This document shows positions 62,183 through 64,000 of a DNA stretch of 64,000 bases, piece after piece; position 1 is the stretch's first letter, and the number at the start of each line of letters is the position of its first letter. The stretch covers positions 1-64,000 of the IMG/VR virus record IMGVR_UViG_3300045988_147128, one strand, 5' to 3'. A program made the translations under genes and the position numbers. The notes under the pieces are model-generated. The model made no database searches, was not told where the DNA came from, and worked only from the letters and a program-made list of their open reading frames with translations. The stretch is from a virus.

Positions 62183-63817
62183 TCAAATTTTTATCTTCTT
62201 AATTTTCTCAACCATATTCTTATATCCACAAAACTTGCTACTAATAACATCAAAGATAGATTCTGACCAACCGGCAAGGTTAAGAATATTGGACCCTTTG
62301 TAAAACATCTCACTTCCATATCCTTGAATAGAAAGAGAAACGATCTTACAATCCGGGTTCACTTTCTTAAACTCCTTCAGAAGTTCAGCAAACTTACCAC
62401 TTGTATAATGAGAGGTTCTCTCCCATACAACAGATTTACCATCTCCTACCTGCATATCTGAAATAACGTACAAGTTATCTACCTTGATCTTATCTTTAAC
62501 GCACTTATCCAAGAATATAAAAAGACCATCTTCGGTAGCACCACCGCATTTTTCGCCGGCAGCAAAAGACGCTTTGTTATTCCATAAGACCCCTTTACTT
62601 CTATCATATTCGTAATTGATAAGTTTGTCACCAAACATACCGATAAATACGTCAGGGAGCACGGAAGCAATCATGCAACCAAATAAGTTACCGATGATAG
62701 CCGTACTTGTTTTGCTGAAGGCAGATACCGTTGATGATCCTCCTCCGTCTCCACGTACAGAGCCAGAGTGGTCAATCAGGATAGCCGACCGCCCCTCCAA
62801 CACCGGCAGGTTCTTGCAGGATATGGTAATCGCCTGCTCCAGCGCATCCAGGATCTTATTTTTCTTGTATGCTGTAAGTCCAGCACGTTTCTTATCAGAT
62901 TCAAACATAATATCAGAACCAGGTTTCTTTACGCCAATAGCCTCAACCTCCTTATAAGCAGAAGCGAAACGGAAAGGAAGCATCTTAGAATTAAGAACCT
63001 TCTCTTCTGTCGTAAGCTGCTTACATACCTCATTAATCTGATCGGGAGCGTATTCGATTATGTTTCTAAGGTTACGGACCATATTGAAAATAGGCATACC
63101 CTTTACGTTAGAAACCACGTCCCTAATAGCATCACCGAGCGCTTCCTTCTTTTCTTTATTGTCTTTCTTATCCTGACCGGCTTTAGACATCTCCTTTTCA
63201 AGAATCTTACTTTCGTACAGCCCGGACAAAGACCGTCCTTCCATAAGATACTGGAAAGCTGTTTTATTAGCCTGATTGCCTTTAGGGTGGAATAAATTAA
63301 CAAGGTCGATCATCGTAATAACCCTGCTATTCATCTTGTACTTATCAATCCGATAAGGATCAAGACCCTCCAGGGCTATTTTAAATCCTTTCTTGATAGC
63401 ACTGGATATACCTCTTAACTTCTTCGGATCTTTGCCGTTAAGAGCTGCATAGCAACCAAGAATCTCACTCATGTCATCAGGACGCATAACGATCTTATTA
63501 TAGAACCTGGACGCCCATTCTTTACCAGATACCTTGCCAGCCAATACAGAAGCCATAAGATGTGTGACGGACCGTAGCTTGCCTTCCTTCCGGACGTACA
63601 ATGCCGTCTGCGCTGCGAAGTACGGATCGACCTGATCCATGAGGTTCTTAATCCGATTTACCTTGTCTTCTTCCTTCTCGTAATAAGAATCAGATAACAT
63701 GGTTGTCATCACCGTAGAAACCAGCTCCTCCTCTACACCAGGCTTATACGCAGCCTCTCCCATGTGGTTGGTGATTGTAGGCTTAACACCTTCATTTTTC
63801 TTGTTAAACTTGCCCAT
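62183..63817 (-). CDS. rsr: Ro60/Rsr orthologue (TROVE domain + vWA domain with MIDAS DxSxS)
   Basis: SDSYYEKEEDKV ~ Ro60 GGTYYIKEQKL; DPYFAAQTALY ~ EPMLFALAIC; ILIDHSGSV = MIDAS; ~540 aa as in bacterial Rsr. Confidence 0.75.
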   Translation of the reverse strand: MGKFNKKNEGVKPTITNHMGEAAYKPGVEEELVSTVMTTMLSDSYYEKEEDKVNRIKNLMDQVDPYFAAQTALYVRKEGKLRSVTHLMASVLAGKVSGKEWASRFYNKIVMRPDDMSEILGCYAALNGKDPKKLRGISSAIKKGFKIALEGLDPYRIDKYKMNSRVITMIDLVNLFHPKGNQANKTAFQYLMEGRSLSGLYESKILEKEMSKAGQDKKDNKEKKEALGDAIRDVVSNVKGMPIFNMVRNLRNIIEYAPDQINEVCKQLTTEEKVLNSKMLPFRFASAYKEVEAIGVKKPGSDIMFESDKKRAGLTAYKKNKILDALEQAITISCKNLPVLEGRSAILIDHSGSVRGDGGGSSTVSAFSKTSTAIIGNLFGCMIASVLPDVFIGMFGDKLINYEYDRSKGVLWNNKASFAAGEKCGGATEDGLFIFLDKCVKDKIKVDNLYVISDMQVGDGKSVVWERTSHYTSGKFAELLKEFKKVNPDCKIVSLSIQGYGSEMFYKGSNILNLAGWSESIFDVISSKFCGYKNMVEKIKKIKI

Positions 63818-63840
63818 TGTTGTTTTCTTTAAATGTTATA

Positions 63841-63874
63841 CAAAAAAAAAGCGACAGTATAAATACCGCCGCTT
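63841..63874 (-). terminator. hairpin AAGCG/CGCTT followed by T9 on minus strand, between tRNA-Lys and rsr
   Basis: seen directly. Confidence 0.5.
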
Positions 63875-63932
63875 GAAAAATCAAAAAAAATCTATAGAAT
63901 CAATGAGGGAAAATCGAAGTTGGGTTAAGATA

Positions 63933-64000
63933 ACGAAAATAATGGACTTGAACCATTGCTGATACTTTAAAAGAGTATTGCTCTACCATCTGAGCTAAAA
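63933..64000 (-). tRNA. tRNA-Lys (anticodon UUU), 5' end truncated by window edge
   Basis: D-arm GCTC-AGATGGTA-GAGC, anticodon arm ATACT-CTTTTAA-AGTAT, T-arm AATGG-TTCAAGT-CCATT on minus strand; acceptor pairing could not be confirmed. Confidence 0.7.

Noticed and set aside
63933-64000. Irregular acceptor stem of the tRNA-Lys
   Set aside because: With the visible 5' bases (TTTT before A9) positions 5-6 would not pair with 3' ATTTTCG. Most of the 5' acceptor strand is outside the window, so a pseudogene or att-fragment call cannot be made.
1-64000. Integrase, excisionase or attachment site
   Set aside because: No tyrosine or serine recombinase motifs recognised in any ORF of this window; the lysogeny module, if any, lies elsewhere.

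Overview
The window is AT-rich, densely coded and looks like a tailed-phage or prophage genome segment. Most genes are preceded by strong Shine-Dalgarno sites (AAGGAGG), so the host is probably not a Bacteroidota member.

Positions 1-28.7 kb carry about 60 small plus-strand genes forming an early/replication module. Recognisable products are a DnaB-like helicase, a primase-like protein with a zinc finger and Toprim domain, an SF2 DExH helicase, two PD-(D/E)XK nucleases (one Cas4-like with a C-terminal Cys cluster), a possible KilA-N-like protein and an NfeD-like plus flotillin (SPFH) pair. A solo IS200/IS605-type tnpB lacking the zinc finger also sits here.

Positions 29.1-64 kb carry a minus-strand virion/injection/lysis module. 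It contains giant ORFs of 2138, 2214, 1021, 951 and 759 aa, a GH24-lysozyme-containing 768-aa hydrolase, a small HExxH zincin, a Ro60/Rsr (TROVE+vWA) orthologue and a partial tRNA-Lys(UUU) at the 3' window edge. This module is interrupted at about 37.0-41.5 kb by an accessory island with a truncated tnpB, a NUMOD4/HNH_3 homing endonuclease, a GC-richer Gly/Gln/Asn/Cys-rich protein and a Bro-N protein.

The strongest non-coding signals are: (i) three hairpins with an identical 11-nt loop GACYGAAGGGA and covarying stems at 58.98-59.15 kb; (ii) five terminator-like hairpins in the first 5.4 kb that share an enlarged loop motif over different stems; (iii) two copies of a tRNA 3'-half-like element (GGTTCGATTC...ATCTCACA) upstream of early genes.

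All protein calls are from motif recognition by eye; no database search was run.
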